A stretch of DNA of 64,000 nucleotides from Hormoscilla sp. (lineage in GTDB: Bacteria > Cyanobacteriota > Cyanobacteriia > Cyanobacteriales > Desertifilaceae), in NCBI GenBank assembly GCA_051439505.1, contig JBFRWI010000009.1, positions 1 through 64,000 on the forward strand. The letters are read 5' to 3'. Positions 47,279 through 56,429 of the stretch are shown piece after piece (the first letter of the stretch is position 1; the number at the start of each line of letters is the position of its first letter). The notes under the pieces are model-generated. The model saw nothing but the letters and a program-made list of their open reading frames with translations, was not told the origin of the DNA and did no database searches. Made by a program: the position numbers and the translations under genes.

Positions 47279-47349
47279 TTACCCTCGTTCCCCTCGTTAT
47301 CGGGCGATCGCCCGGTCACGAGAAATCGCAGTAAACGGTAAACTGGTAA
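47279..47349 (+). repeat. HIP1-centred hairpin repeat (family F) copy 2
   Basis: CTCGTTATCGGGCGATCGCCCGGTCACGAGAAATCGCAGTAAACGGTAAACTGGTAA. Confidence 0.85.
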
Positions 47350-47394
47350 TTAGCGGGGGGTTTGGGAGGATCCGCTGGTTTCCCATGTTATCAA

Positions 47395-47462
47395 CGGGTT
47401 GAAAATGCACCGTCCTTGAGCTGTTGGCATCATCGGGCATCCAATCATTTGGTGTTATACAT
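47395..47462 (-). pseudogene. Heavily deleted PIN-like (DUF5615-type) toxin remnant
   Basis: ATG overlaps the DUF433 stop; fragments TPNDWMPDDA and TAQGRCIF lie in different frames. Confidence 0.55.
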
Positions 47463-47853
47463 GAGCAGCCTCGATCGCTTGTTCGGCAGCAATAGCAGTC
47501 TCGATTTCCTGGCGGTGGGCGGCTGCGAAAGCAAGGGCATCATGCACTTGAGCTTCAGTTAAATCATACTCATCAGCGATCTGATGGGGAGATAGTCCCC
47601 ATTGCTGGGCGGCGATGTATATTGTCTGCACCCGCAAGCTAGTTCCCCCCAGGACTGGCACTTCCTGACCGCTAGCGCCGCGACGGTAGGTAATATCAGG
47701 GAAGGATGGATCGTCAGTTGGCAGGTCGAATGTACCAACTTTCTCTGCTACAGCCGAGAGGATAAACCGATCGAGTGAAATGCCTCGTTCTGCGGCCAAT
47801 TTCTCGGCTTTTTGCTGCAATTTAATTGGTAAATTTAATGGGTATGGTGACAT
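47455..47853 (-). CDS. DUF433-domain antitoxin with an N-terminal RHH-like segment
   Basis: ITYRRGASG..VL.GT.LRVQTI...IADEYDLTEAQVHDALAF. Confidence 0.85.
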   Translation of the reverse strand: MSPYPLNLPIKLQQKAEKLAAERGISLDRFILSAVAEKVGTFDLPTDDPSFPDITYRRGASGQEVPVLGGTSLRVQTIYIAAQQWGLSPHQIADEYDLTEAQVHDALAFAAAHRQEIETAIAAEQAIEAAHV

Positions 47854-47945
47854 CGTTCGTAAAGATGGTAATTCATTATTTATATCTTCCGAAGCTCGAC
47901 TTCAAGGTCGGCGGGATCCTCCCAAATCTCACGATCGGGTCGAGT

Positions 47946-48005
47946 CCGGTCACGAGAAATCGCAGTAAAGGGTAAACTGGTAACTGGTAACTGGTAACTG
48001 GTAAC
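47946..48005 (+). repeat. Family F partial copy 3 plus (GGTAACT)n tract
   Basis: CCGGTCACGAGAAATCGCAGTAAAGGGTAAACTGGTAA, nearly identical to 47312-47349. Confidence 0.85.
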
Positions 48006-48010
48006 CGATC

Positions 48011-48973
48011 GTGAAAGGAATCTGGCTAGAAAACAACCAACTGCAACTGCGTACTAACCTCCCCGTACCGGAACCGCCACCGGGAGAAGCTCTGGTGCGG
48101 GTCTTGCGGGCTGGCATCTGCAATACTGATTTAGAACTGATTCGAGGCTACTATCCCTACAATGGTATCTTAGGTCATGAATTTGTCGGCGTTGTCGAGC
48201 AAGGCCCATCACACTTGATTAACCAGCGGGTAGTGGGAGAAATTAATGCCGCCTGTGGCCACTGTCGCTTTTGTCGCACCGGACAACCCACTCACTGCGA
48301 AAATCGCACTGTCCTCGGTATCGTTAACCGTAACGGAGCTTTTGCTGAATATCTTACCTTGCCTGCGGCAAATCTTCATCCCGTGCCCGATCGCGTCTCC
48401 ACTGATGCGGCAACTTTTACCGAACCCGTGGCAGCGGCTCTGGAAATTCAACAGCAGGTTAAGATAACAGAAGGCGATCGCGTGTTAGTAGTGGGAGATG
48501 GTAAACTAGGGCAGTTAGTGGCCCAAACCCTGGCCCTAACTGGCTGCGAATTGCTAGTAATTGGTCGCCATACCGAAAAGCTGGCTAACCTAGAGGCCCG
48601 GGGCATTAAAACCGGGTTCGCCGATGCCGTGCCAGCAGGATACTTCGATATCTCCGTAGAATGTACGGGCAACCCCCAAGGATGGGCGATCGCCCGTCGG
48701 GCCTTACGTCCCCGGGGCATCCTGGTGCTCAAAAGCACCTACGCTGGCGACATCACCATCGATGCCTCTTCTCTGGTGGTAGATGAAATTACTCTCATCG
48801 GTTCTCGCTGCGGTCCCTTTCCGCCCGCACTCGACTTGCTATCACAAAACCAAGTCGATGTCAAGCCATTAATTCAGGCCCACTATCCCCTAGAAGAAGG
48901 ACTCGCAGCATTCAAACATGCCCAGCAGCGAGGCGTCTTGAAAGTATTATTGGAGATAGGTAGCGAGTCTTGA
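48011..48973 (+). CDS. Zn-dependent MDR alcohol dehydrogenase family protein
   Basis: GICNTD, GHEFVG, CGHCRFC...HC, GDGKLG. Confidence 0.92.
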   Translation: MKGIWLENNQLQLRTNLPVPEPPPGEALVRVLRAGICNTDLELIRGYYPYNGILGHEFVGVVEQGPSHLINQRVVGEINAACGHCRFCRTGQPTHCENRTVLGIVNRNGAFAEYLTLPAANLHPVPDRVSTDAATFTEPVAAALEIQQQVKITEGDRVLVVGDGKLGQLVAQTLALTGCELLVIGRHTEKLANLEARGIKTGFADAVPAGYFDISVECTGNPQGWAIARRALRPRGILVLKSTYAGDITIDASSLVVDEITLIGSRCGPFPPALDLLSQNQVDVKPLIQAHYPLEEGLAAFKHAQQRGVLKVLLEIGSES

Positions 48974-49007
48974 TATAATCATGTCCGTTCGATTTTAAGT
49001 CTCCTGG

Positions 49008-49307
49008 CCCGCCCGGGGTTCAAACCCCGGGCTAATAGCTAAAGTCGGTTTCAACCGACTGAAAACCTTATATAGAAAGCGTTTTACCCTCATTAAGAGG
49101 CTCCGCCTTAAGAGCAAAGGTAAATTACAGGGCTAAATCCTCGATCGCGATAATGCGGACAGTGGGTTTTAACCCACTTAAGCTATTAGCCGTGGGTTTG
49201 AACCCACGGCGGACTAGGAGACTAATTGACTAATTTACAATGGTGCATTCCGGTCAGTTTTAACCGACTTTAGCTAAAAGCCTTTGGGTTTGCAACCCCC
49301 GGCGGGC
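49008..49307. repeat. Cluster of three family A REP units (49008-49060 +, 49161-49212 -, 49252-49307 - degenerate)
   Basis: Seen directly; the first two form an inverted doublet. Confidence 0.85.
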
Positions 49308-49367
49308 TATCGGGAAATTTGCAAGATGTAAGTACTACAAACGGTTCTACTACTCAAATTAAAAATC

Positions 49368-49916
49368 GTGCAGAAACTGCTGAGACTTTCCAAAATAATC
49401 GATCGCATCAATCAAAGTATCGGTCAACTCACCCTCTGGTTAGTGCTAATCATGATAATTGTAGGAGTGTGGAATGTCATCGGTCGCTACCTCGGTAATG
49501 CGATCGGGCAAAACCTGAGTTCCAACTCCCTGATCGAAACCCAATGGTATCTCTTCGATATTATCTTCCTGGTGAGTGCCGCCTACGCCCTCAAGCACAA
49601 CGAACATGTCCGTGTCGATCTGTTCTACAGCGGATGGCCTCCCAAACGCAAAGCCCTCGTTAACTTCATCGGCACCCTACTGTTTCTCATTCCCTTCAGC
49701 ATCCTGGTGATTTACTTTTCCTGGCAAGCAGTCTATTATTCCTGGAAGATCCTGGAAGCATCTCCCGATCCAGGTGGTTTACCCCGTTACCCGATTAAAA
49801 CTATGATTCCGATCGCCTTTGCATTGCTTATTCTCCAAGGCATCTCCGAAGCGATTAAAAACTTTGCTATTTTTACTGGCAAATTACCTGCCCGGGAGGA
49901 ACGCGATGCCCTATGA
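49368..49916 (+). CDS. TRAP transporter small permease (DctQ-like)
   Basis: ETQWYLF, HNEHVRVD, SPDPGGLPRYP, LQGISE. Confidence 0.92.
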   Translation: MQKLLRLSKIIDRINQSIGQLTLWLVLIMIIVGVWNVIGRYLGNAIGQNLSSNSLIETQWYLFDIIFLVSAAYALKHNEHVRVDLFYSGWPPKRKALVNFIGTLLFLIPFSILVIYFSWQAVYYSWKILEASPDPGGLPRYPIKTMIPIAFALLILQGISEAIKNFAIFTGKLPAREERDAL

Positions 49917-51237
49917 TTGGTTAGGTCCGGCCATGTTTGCTGGCGCATTAGTATTGCTATCCTTTGGCTATCCCGTTGCCTTCTCCTTGGGAGGCGTTGC
50001 CATTATCTTCGGACTCATTGGCATAGCCCTGGGCATTTTTGACCCCATCTTTATGACTGCCATGCCCCAACGGATTTTTGGCATCATGGCAAATTATACT
50101 CTCCTCGCTATCCCCTATTTTATCTTTATGGGGTCGATGCTGGAAAAATCCGGCATCGCTGAAAATTTGCTCGAAACTATGGGCATTCTCTTTGGCCGCT
50201 TGCGCGGTGGTTTGGCCCTCGCTGTTATCCTCGTCGGCACCCTACTCGCTGCTACTACAGGGGTTGTTGCCGCAACTGTCGTCGCTATGGGGCTCATTTC
50301 TCTCCCCATTATGCTGCGTTACGGCTATAATAAGGAACTCGCTACTGGCGCGATCGTGGCTTCGGGTACCCTCGGACAAATTATCCCCCCTTCTGTTGTC
50401 CTGGTGGTTTTGGGAGACCAATTGGGTGTTTCCGTGGGAGACTTGTTTATTGGTTCGATCGTCCCGGGTTTGATGATGGCGGGGGCCTTTGCCCTTCAGG
50501 TACTGATTATTGCCTTTTTCCGACCCGACATGGCACCTCCTTTGCCCCCAGAAGTCAGGCAGATCGGCGGCAAAGCTTTGGGAATGCGAGTTGTAAAAGT
50601 CATGATCCCGCCACTGTTGCTGATCTTAATGGTACTGGGAAGTATCTTTTTCGGCTTTGCTACCCCCACGGAAGCTGGGGCTGTCGGTTGCCTAGGGGCG
50701 ATCGCCCTTGCTGCTGCGAACAAACAAGTTAACTGGGCCTCTCTGCGCCTTGTTTGTGACGTTACCATGCGCACCACCACTATGGTAATGTTCATTCTCA
50801 TCGGTTCCACTGCCTTTAGTCTCGTTTTCCGGGGATTGAATGGCGATCGGTTCATGGAAGAACTCTTAACAAACCTGCCGGGGGGTCAAACTGGCTTCTT
50901 GGTTGTCAGCATGGCAGTAGTTTTTCTGCTGGGATTTTTCATCGACTTTTTCGAGATCGCTTTTATCGTCGTCCCCCTCTTTGTACCGGTCGCCCAGCAG
51001 CTAGGAATAGACCTAGTTTGGTTCGGCATCATTCTCGGGGCTAACCTGCAAACTTCCTTTCTGACGCCACCCTTTGGTTTTGCCCTCTTCTACCTGCGCA
51101 GCATCGCCCCTCCTGAAGTTACTACGGGTCACATTTATCGCGGGGCGATCCCCTTTATCGCGATCCAGATGATTATTTTAATGTTAATTATCATCTTCCC
51201 AGGCATTGTCAGTTTCCTGCCCTCACTCAGTCGCTAA
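49906..51237 (+). CDS. TRAP transporter large permease (DctM-like)
   Basis: GYPVAFSLGG, LLAIPYFIFMG, GTLGQIIPPS, TPTEAG, TPPFGFAL. Confidence 0.93.
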   Translation: MPYDWLGPAMFAGALVLLSFGYPVAFSLGGVAIIFGLIGIALGIFDPIFMTAMPQRIFGIMANYTLLAIPYFIFMGSMLEKSGIAENLLETMGILFGRLRGGLALAVILVGTLLAATTGVVAATVVAMGLISLPIMLRYGYNKELATGAIVASGTLGQIIPPSVVLVVLGDQLGVSVGDLFIGSIVPGLMMAGAFALQVLIIAFFRPDMAPPLPPEVRQIGGKALGMRVVKVMIPPLLLILMVLGSIFFGFATPTEAGAVGCLGAIALAAANKQVNWASLRLVCDVTMRTTTMVMFILIGSTAFSLVFRGLNGDRFMEELLTNLPGGQTGFLVVSMAVVFLLGFFIDFFEIAFIVVPLFVPVAQQLGIDLVWFGIILGANLQTSFLTPPFGFALFYLRSIAPPEVTTGHIYRGAIPFIAIQMIILMLIIIFPGIVSFLPSLSR

Positions 51238-51248
51238 ATTGTACTTCA

Positions 51249-51301
51249 CCCGCCGGGGGTTCAAACCCCCGGCTAATAGCTAAAGTCGGTTAAAACCGAC
51301 T
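51249..51301 (+). repeat. Family A REP unit
   Basis: Exact reverse complement of 321-373. Confidence 0.9.
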
Positions 51302-51351
51302 AGAAACTTTATCGACAAAGTGTTTGTAATCCAATCCTGTCATTAAAAAAA

Positions 51352-51672
51352 ATGAACGATCGCATGAAAACGATCCTGACCAAAATAGATCGAGGTATCG
51401 TAAAAATATACGGCGAACGACTGGACAAAATTATTCTCTATGGTTCTCAAGCTAGAGGGGATGCGAGACTAGACTCGGATATCGATATCTTAATCGTGCT
51501 CAAAGAATCCTTTAGTTACTCTCAAGAACGCGATCGCATCAGTATGTTCATTGCCGATCTGTGCTTAGAATATGCTACAGTGATTAGCTGTATATTTGCG
51601 ACTCGCCAGAAATACCAAGAGTATGATAGCGGTTTTTTTCGCAATGTCCGTAGAGAAGGAATTTCGATATGA
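51352..51672 (+). CDS. Minimal nucleotidyltransferase (MNT) antitoxin
   Basis: ILYGSQARGDARLDSDIDILIV. Confidence 0.92.
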   Translation: MNDRMKTILTKIDRGIVKIYGERLDKIILYGSQARGDARLDSDIDILIVLKESFSYSQERDRISMFIADLCLEYATVISCIFATRQKYQEYDSGFFRNVRREGISI

Positions 51673-52058
51673 CTCCAGAACAGCAAAGATTACTTGATAA
51701 AGCAGATCGAACTTTACAAGCGGCAAAACTATTAAAAGCTCAAGGTTTTTTTGATGACGCTGCTTCTCGCGCTTACTACGTTATGTTTTATATCGCAGAG
51801 GCATTCTTAGAAGGTGAAAGATTGTCTTATGCTCGACACTCGGCAGTTATAGGCGCTTTTGGTCAACAGTTTGCGCGAACTGGACGAGTTCCCGTGCTGT
51901 TCCATCGTTATTTAATTGATACACAAAACCTTCGTCTAGAAGCTGATTATAATGCTGACATAGAGATCGCCGAAACAGATGCAGAGCAAGGAATATCTCG
52001 TGCGGAGGAAATGCTTAATTTTGCTATAGCTAATATCGATAATCTTCCGCCGCCATAA
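51669..52058 (+). CDS. HEPN-domain protein (MNT-HEPN pair)
   Basis: ATGA overlap; SRAYY.MFY, RHSAVI..FG, RLEADY. Confidence 0.9.
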   Translation: MTPEQQRLLDKADRTLQAAKLLKAQGFFDDAASRAYYVMFYIAEAFLEGERLSYARHSAVIGAFGQQFARTGRVPVLFHRYLIDTQNLRLEADYNADIEIAETDAEQGISRAEEMLNFAIANIDNLPPP

Positions 52059-52129
52059 GTGACCAAGTTCATAGCCCGATCGCAGAATCGTGAAGAAAGC
52101 AGGGCTATTTGATTTTCTGCTGGCATGGG

Positions 52130-52669
52130 TTACAGATTTACAGATGCAGTAACCGGTAACTGACTTACCAGCGGGGTAACAAAAGCAGGACGGATAAATG
52201 CTTCTTTATCTGACTGGGTAATGTAACCTTTATTGACTGCCATCTGCATCACGTCATTTAAGAAACCTCTTAGCACTCCTAAAACTTTATCTTTGTCCAG
52301 TTCCACAGTTTTTGACTGCCAAGAGTAGCCAAACTCTCCGATCTGACAAGATATTTTCTCACCTCTAGGCATGAATTTGAGAATTTGCCAACAACTCTCA
52401 GCAAATTCTATCTGCATGTTTTTTCCCTCCGCAAGCAGCGCAATTTGTTCTGGGAAGTTGTCTTCCAGCATCATGCATATGTCCGGATCTAAAAATACTC
52501 TGGTTGTGCTGGGCCCGATCGCGATCGCGACTGGTCGGTCCTGTTCGTAACAGAAGCGGCGCAGTCCCAATTCAAAATCTGAAAGTTCTCCCAGGGGATC
52601 TGATGGAGGGAGAGCCGAGTTTTCCAAACAAACTTCTCCTAATTGGATCTGAAATTGATGATTATTCAT
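52130..52669 (-). CDS. Putative immunity/antitoxin protein
   Basis: Overlaps the stop of the upstream toxin-like ORF; acidic 179-aa protein. Confidence 0.5.
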   Translation of the reverse strand: MNNHQFQIQLGEVCLENSALPPSDPLGELSDFELGLRRFCYEQDRPVAIAIGPSTTRVFLDPDICMMLEDNFPEQIALLAEGKNMQIEFAESCWQILKFMPRGEKISCQIGEFGYSWQSKTVELDKDKVLGVLRGFLNDVMQMAVNKGYITQSDKEAFIRPAFVTPLVSQLPVTASVNL

Positions 52670-53048
52670 GTTCTCTCCTCTTGAAGGTGTAATTATCTAC
52701 CACAGGATAAGCGTATTTCAGAGTGCCATCCAGCTTTCTTTTAATATTAACACGGGTAACATTTTCAGTTATGCTACCATCGGCATGATAAACTCGCCCT
52801 AGAGGACGCTGAAAATCGATGATATATCTGCCTGGATGTTTGGGAGTCACTTGTTCGGCCTTGACTAAATCCTGTAAGTTTAGCCACTGTCCTTGATCGG
52901 TGTTGGTACTTGCTATTCTACCCTGAAAATGACGGGGTTGTAGTTGAGGACCATGATGACGCAAAATATGATCGTAGACCTTGCTACATTTAGGATTGTT
53001 CCATTGGGGTTCTACGCCACGACCATTCCATGGACAACCACTTCCCAC
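52662..53048 (-). CDS. Stand-alone polymorphic-toxin-like (putative RNase) domain
   Basis: YDHILRHHG...GRVY...LKYAYPV resembles the HIxxxH...AYP signature of toxin RNases; the frame extends to an ATA at 53114 behind GGAGG. Confidence 0.5.
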   Translation of the reverse strand: MGSGCPWNGRGVEPQWNNPKCSKVYDHILRHHGPQLQPRHFQGRIASTNTDQGQWLNLQDLVKAEQVTPKHPGRYIIDFQRPLGRVYHADGSITENVTRVNIKRKLDGTLKYAYPVVDNYTFKRREHE

Positions 53049-53379
53049 TTGGATACTCGGGTCGTCGATCTCCTGTTCGACAATTTCTATAGCTTCTAGA
53101 TCTGAGTTAGATATAACGGCCGTCCTCCAACTGACACAACTGTTATTAGTATAGCATACAGCAGGACGTCCGCGCTACGGGATGATAAGTGACCGCCTAC
53201 CGGGTCAAGCGATCGCCAGTGGGGGCTCACCGCCAGCACATTCCGATGAGTCGAACTGACCGGTTTTGTTAAATTTATGTTAAATTTGCTCTGGGGGTTG
53301 CCGTTGGGCATTAGCTATGCTATAACAGAGTATATTGGTGCATCGCCGAACATGACTCGTTTTCAGGAGATGGAAAATT

Positions 53380-55509
53380 ATGGACCCTTTAATAGCGGCG
53401 ACTGTGGCATTAGGTACGATAGTTGGTACCAAGGTTTTGGAAAAAACAGGCGAAAAAGTCGGTGAAGCGGTTTGGGATAAAGGTGCGCAATTTTTGGATT
53501 CTCTCAAGCTAGAGTCTCCCGATACGGTGATGGCGATCGAACAAGCGCCGGAACAACCGTTAGATTACGGGGAAGCCGTTTTGGAGTTATACTCTGCAGC
53601 TAAAGCGAATTCCGAAATTGCCCGCAGGATGGAGGAGTTGGCAGCGGCAGGAAAGGCTAATCATCATCCCAAGTTTGCTGAGGTGATCGAAAAAATTGAA
53701 GCAGCGTTACAGTCTCAACAGTCGCAAGTGAAAACAGAAAAAGATCGTATTAAAGAGACAGGAGAATTTAAGGCAGAAAAAGGCGGGTTTGCGGGCATCG
53801 GCAAGATGGGAAGTATAAAGCAAAGGCAGGCGGCAGAGAGTTTAGGGGAAATAGGTGAAGGCAAGGAGATGGAGATCGCAGCTTTAGTCAAGTTAATCCG
53901 TACTTCTGAGTCTGAATCTACTATTGAGGAGGCGGTAAGGAATTTAGGGAAAATAGGAAAAGGTAGCGATACGGAGATCGCTGCTTTGCTTGAGTTAATC
54001 AACAATCCTCAGTTTCTGGATACTCAGAGTAAGGGGCGTCCTTTTGTATGTATGAGGCGTAGTCGTAGCAGGTGGGTGGCAAGAAGTTTAAAGGCAATAA
54101 GTCAAGGCAACGAAAAGGCTGCGATCGCTGCTTTAGTTGAGTTAATCAGCAATACTCAGTCTGAGGAGATTTGTACGTGGGTGGCAAGGATTTTGGGGGA
54201 AATAGGTGAAGGCAACGAGACGGCGATCGCAGCTTTGGTTGAGCTAATCGGCACTTCTGAGTCTGAGAGGATTCTTCAGCAGGCGGCAAGTAGTTTAGGG
54301 CGAATAGGTAACGGAAAGGAGACGGCGATCGCTGCTTTAGTTGAGTTAATCAGCAATACTCAGTCTGAGGAGATTTGTACGTGGGTGGCAAGGATTTTGG
54401 GGGAAATAGGTGAAGGCAACGAGACGGGGATCGCAGCTTTGGTTGAGCTAATCGGCACTTCTGAGTCTGAAGATATTCGTAAACAGGCGGCAAGTAGTTT
54501 AGGGCGAATAGGTAAAGGCAAGGAGACCGCGATCGCAGCTTTGGTTGAGCTAATCGGCACTTCTGAGTCTGAGGAGATTCTACAGCAGGCGGTAAGTAGT
54601 TTAGGGAAAATAGGTGAAGGCAAGGAGACCGCGATCGCAGCTTTGGTTGAGCTAATCGGCACTTCTGAGTCTGAAGATATTCGTAAACAGGCGACAGAGA
54701 GTTTGGATAAAATAGGAAAAGGCAACGAGACCGCGATCGCTGGTTTAGTTGAGTTAATCAGCACTTCTGAGTCTGAGGAGATTCTTCAGCAGGCGGTAAG
54801 TAGTTTAGGGGAAATAGGAAAAGGCAGCGAGACGGCGATCGCTGCTTTAGTTGACTTAATCGGCAAGACTCAGTCTGAGGAGATTCTGCAGCAGGCGGTA
54901 AGTAGTTTAGGGGAAATAGGTGAAGGCAACGAGACGGCGATCGCTGCTTTAGTTGACTTAATCGGCAATACTCAGTCTGAGGCGACTCTTCGACGGGTGG
55001 CATGGAGTTTATGGCAAATAGATAAAAGCAATGAAACTGCTGTCACTGCTTTGGTTCAGTTAATCGCCATTTCTCAGTTAGATGATAATCTTCAGTGGGC
55101 GGCAGATAGTTTAGAAAAAATAGACCCAGGCAATGAAATGGCGATCGTTGCTTTAGTTGACTTAATCAATAATTATCAATCTCGGTATAAGCGTAGGCAG
55201 GCAGTAATACGCTTAGGGGAAATAGGTAAAGATAATGAGACGGCGATCGCTGCTTTAGTTGATTTAATCGGCAATGCTCAGTCTGAGGATGATGAGGATA
55301 CTCTTCTGTCGGCGGCAGATAGTTTAGGGAAAATAGACCCAGGCAACGAAACGGCGATCGCTGGTTTAGTTTATTTAACCGGCAATCGTCAATCTCAGTT
55401 TACTCGTCGGGAGGCGGCAGCGAGTTTAGCGAAAATCGACCCCGGCAACCCGGCAACCAAAGCAGCGATCGCTGCTTTGGTTGATTTAAATCGGCAATTC
55501 TCGGTTTGA
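53380..55509 (+). CDS. HEAT-repeat protein (about 16 x 32-aa repeats), 3' end frameshifted
   Basis: Repeated AxxSLGxIGxGNETAIAALVELIxxSESE units; near-identical 96-nt repeats. Confidence 0.85.
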   Translation: MDPLIAATVALGTIVGTKVLEKTGEKVGEAVWDKGAQFLDSLKLESPDTVMAIEQAPEQPLDYGEAVLELYSAAKANSEIARRMEELAAAGKANHHPKFAEVIEKIEAALQSQQSQVKTEKDRIKETGEFKAEKGGFAGIGKMGSIKQRQAAESLGEIGEGKEMEIAALVKLIRTSESESTIEEAVRNLGKIGKGSDTEIAALLELINNPQFLDTQSKGRPFVCMRRSRSRWVARSLKAISQGNEKAAIAALVELISNTQSEEICTWVARILGEIGEGNETAIAALVELIGTSESERILQQAASSLGRIGNGKETAIAALVELISNTQSEEICTWVARILGEIGEGNETGIAALVELIGTSESEDIRKQAASSLGRIGKGKETAIAALVELIGTSESEEILQQAVSSLGKIGEGKETAIAALVELIGTSESEDIRKQATESLDKIGKGNETAIAGLVELISTSESEEILQQAVSSLGEIGKGSETAIAALVDLIGKTQSEEILQQAVSSLGEIGEGNETAIAALVDLIGNTQSEATLRRVAWSLWQIDKSNETAVTALVQLIAISQLDDNLQWAADSLEKIDPGNEMAIVALVDLINNYQSRYKRRQAVIRLGEIGKDNETAIAALVDLIGNAQSEDDEDTLLSAADSLGKIDPGNETAIAGLVYLTGNRQSQFTRREAAASLAKIDPGNPATKAAIAALVDLNRQFSV

Positions 55510-55968
55510 GGATATTCGTGGGCAGGCGGCAAAGAGTTTAGAGGAAATTGAGACAGATGTGAAATAATCCCAAATGCCAGAAGTAGTCAGCGCCTTAAAA
55601 AATTACTTCTCAGATGAAACTTACAAAAACAATCGCCGCCTATTCAATGAATGCTACAAAATAATCTGGAACTACGCCCAAACCCTACCCCACCCAATCT
55701 TCCATAGTCAACAACGCCCCCCAACTGCGCAAACACCTCCGCCCGATCGCGCAACAACAGGGGCGATCGCGCTTAGTAATCCTCATGCACAACTGCGAAC
55801 CCCAACCGGAAATCCAGCAATTCTGCCGCAAGATCGCGAACATCGCCCACATCGCCTGGATAACCGAAACCCCCCACCGAACCACCCTTGAGAGGATTTG
55901 CCCCCAGTCAGGAAGATTTAGCCGGCGCGATCGCATCTTGGTTGCAAGAATTAGGCATCGATGGGTGA
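55488..55968 (+). pseudogene. Disrupted C-terminus of the HEAT gene (last repeat + helical domain + alpha/beta domain typical of cyanobacterial NACHT/HEAT proteins)
   Basis: Extra A at 55488-90, TAA at 55565-67, then VVSALKNY..ETY.N...CYKIIW; later LMHNCEP...FCRKI...IAWITE, C6-run shift, PPLRGF...AIASWLQE*. Confidence 0.7.
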
Positions 55969-56042
55969 GGGGCGATCGCTTAATCACTGACAACCATCAA
56001 CTGACCACTGACAACTAACCATTGACAACTAACTACTGACAA

Positions 56043-56414
56043 ATGACAACATTTCCACCCCGTTCGATAACTAACGAAGCGGAATTAATCGCCACCCAAA
56101 ATCGGATTAATTCTATTTTGGATAAAGGACCGCTAACCAGAGACGATCGCGACTATCTCCATCTCCTAGGAATGTTAGTTTATGAATATGAAGAAAAACA
56201 CGAACCAATGCCTCCTGCTATTTGTGGTGTAGAACTTCTCAAAGCTTTGTTAGAAGAATTCCAACTTCAACCTCAAGATTTAGTTCCAATTTTCCACGAC
56301 GAATCTACGGTTTTGGAAGTTTTGAATGGTCAGCGCCAACTCCCTGCCAATCTTATCCAAGAGTTGGCAGATTTTTTCCATATTTCTCCATCGCTATTGG
56401 CGCCAGAGAGTTGA
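56043..56414 (+). CDS. HigA-like HTH antitoxin (orphan)
   Basis: FPPRSI...DYLHLLGMLVYEYEEKH...LKALLEE..L...DL.PIF..S...EVLNG.R.L. Confidence 0.85.
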   Translation: MTTFPPRSITNEAELIATQNRINSILDKGPLTRDDRDYLHLLGMLVYEYEEKHEPMPPAICGVELLKALLEEFQLQPQDLVPIFHDESTVLEVLNGQRQLPANLIQELADFFHISPSLLAPES

Positions 56415-56429
56415 GATCAAAACAAAACC

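Noticed and set aside
46549..47349. Canonical integron attC sites
   Set aside because: They lack RYYYAAC/GTTRRRY ends and no integrase is nearby; kept only as an analogy
53800..55500. Regular 96-bp repeats as a CRISPR array
   Set aside because: They are coding HEAT repeats without unique spacers, and no cas genes are present
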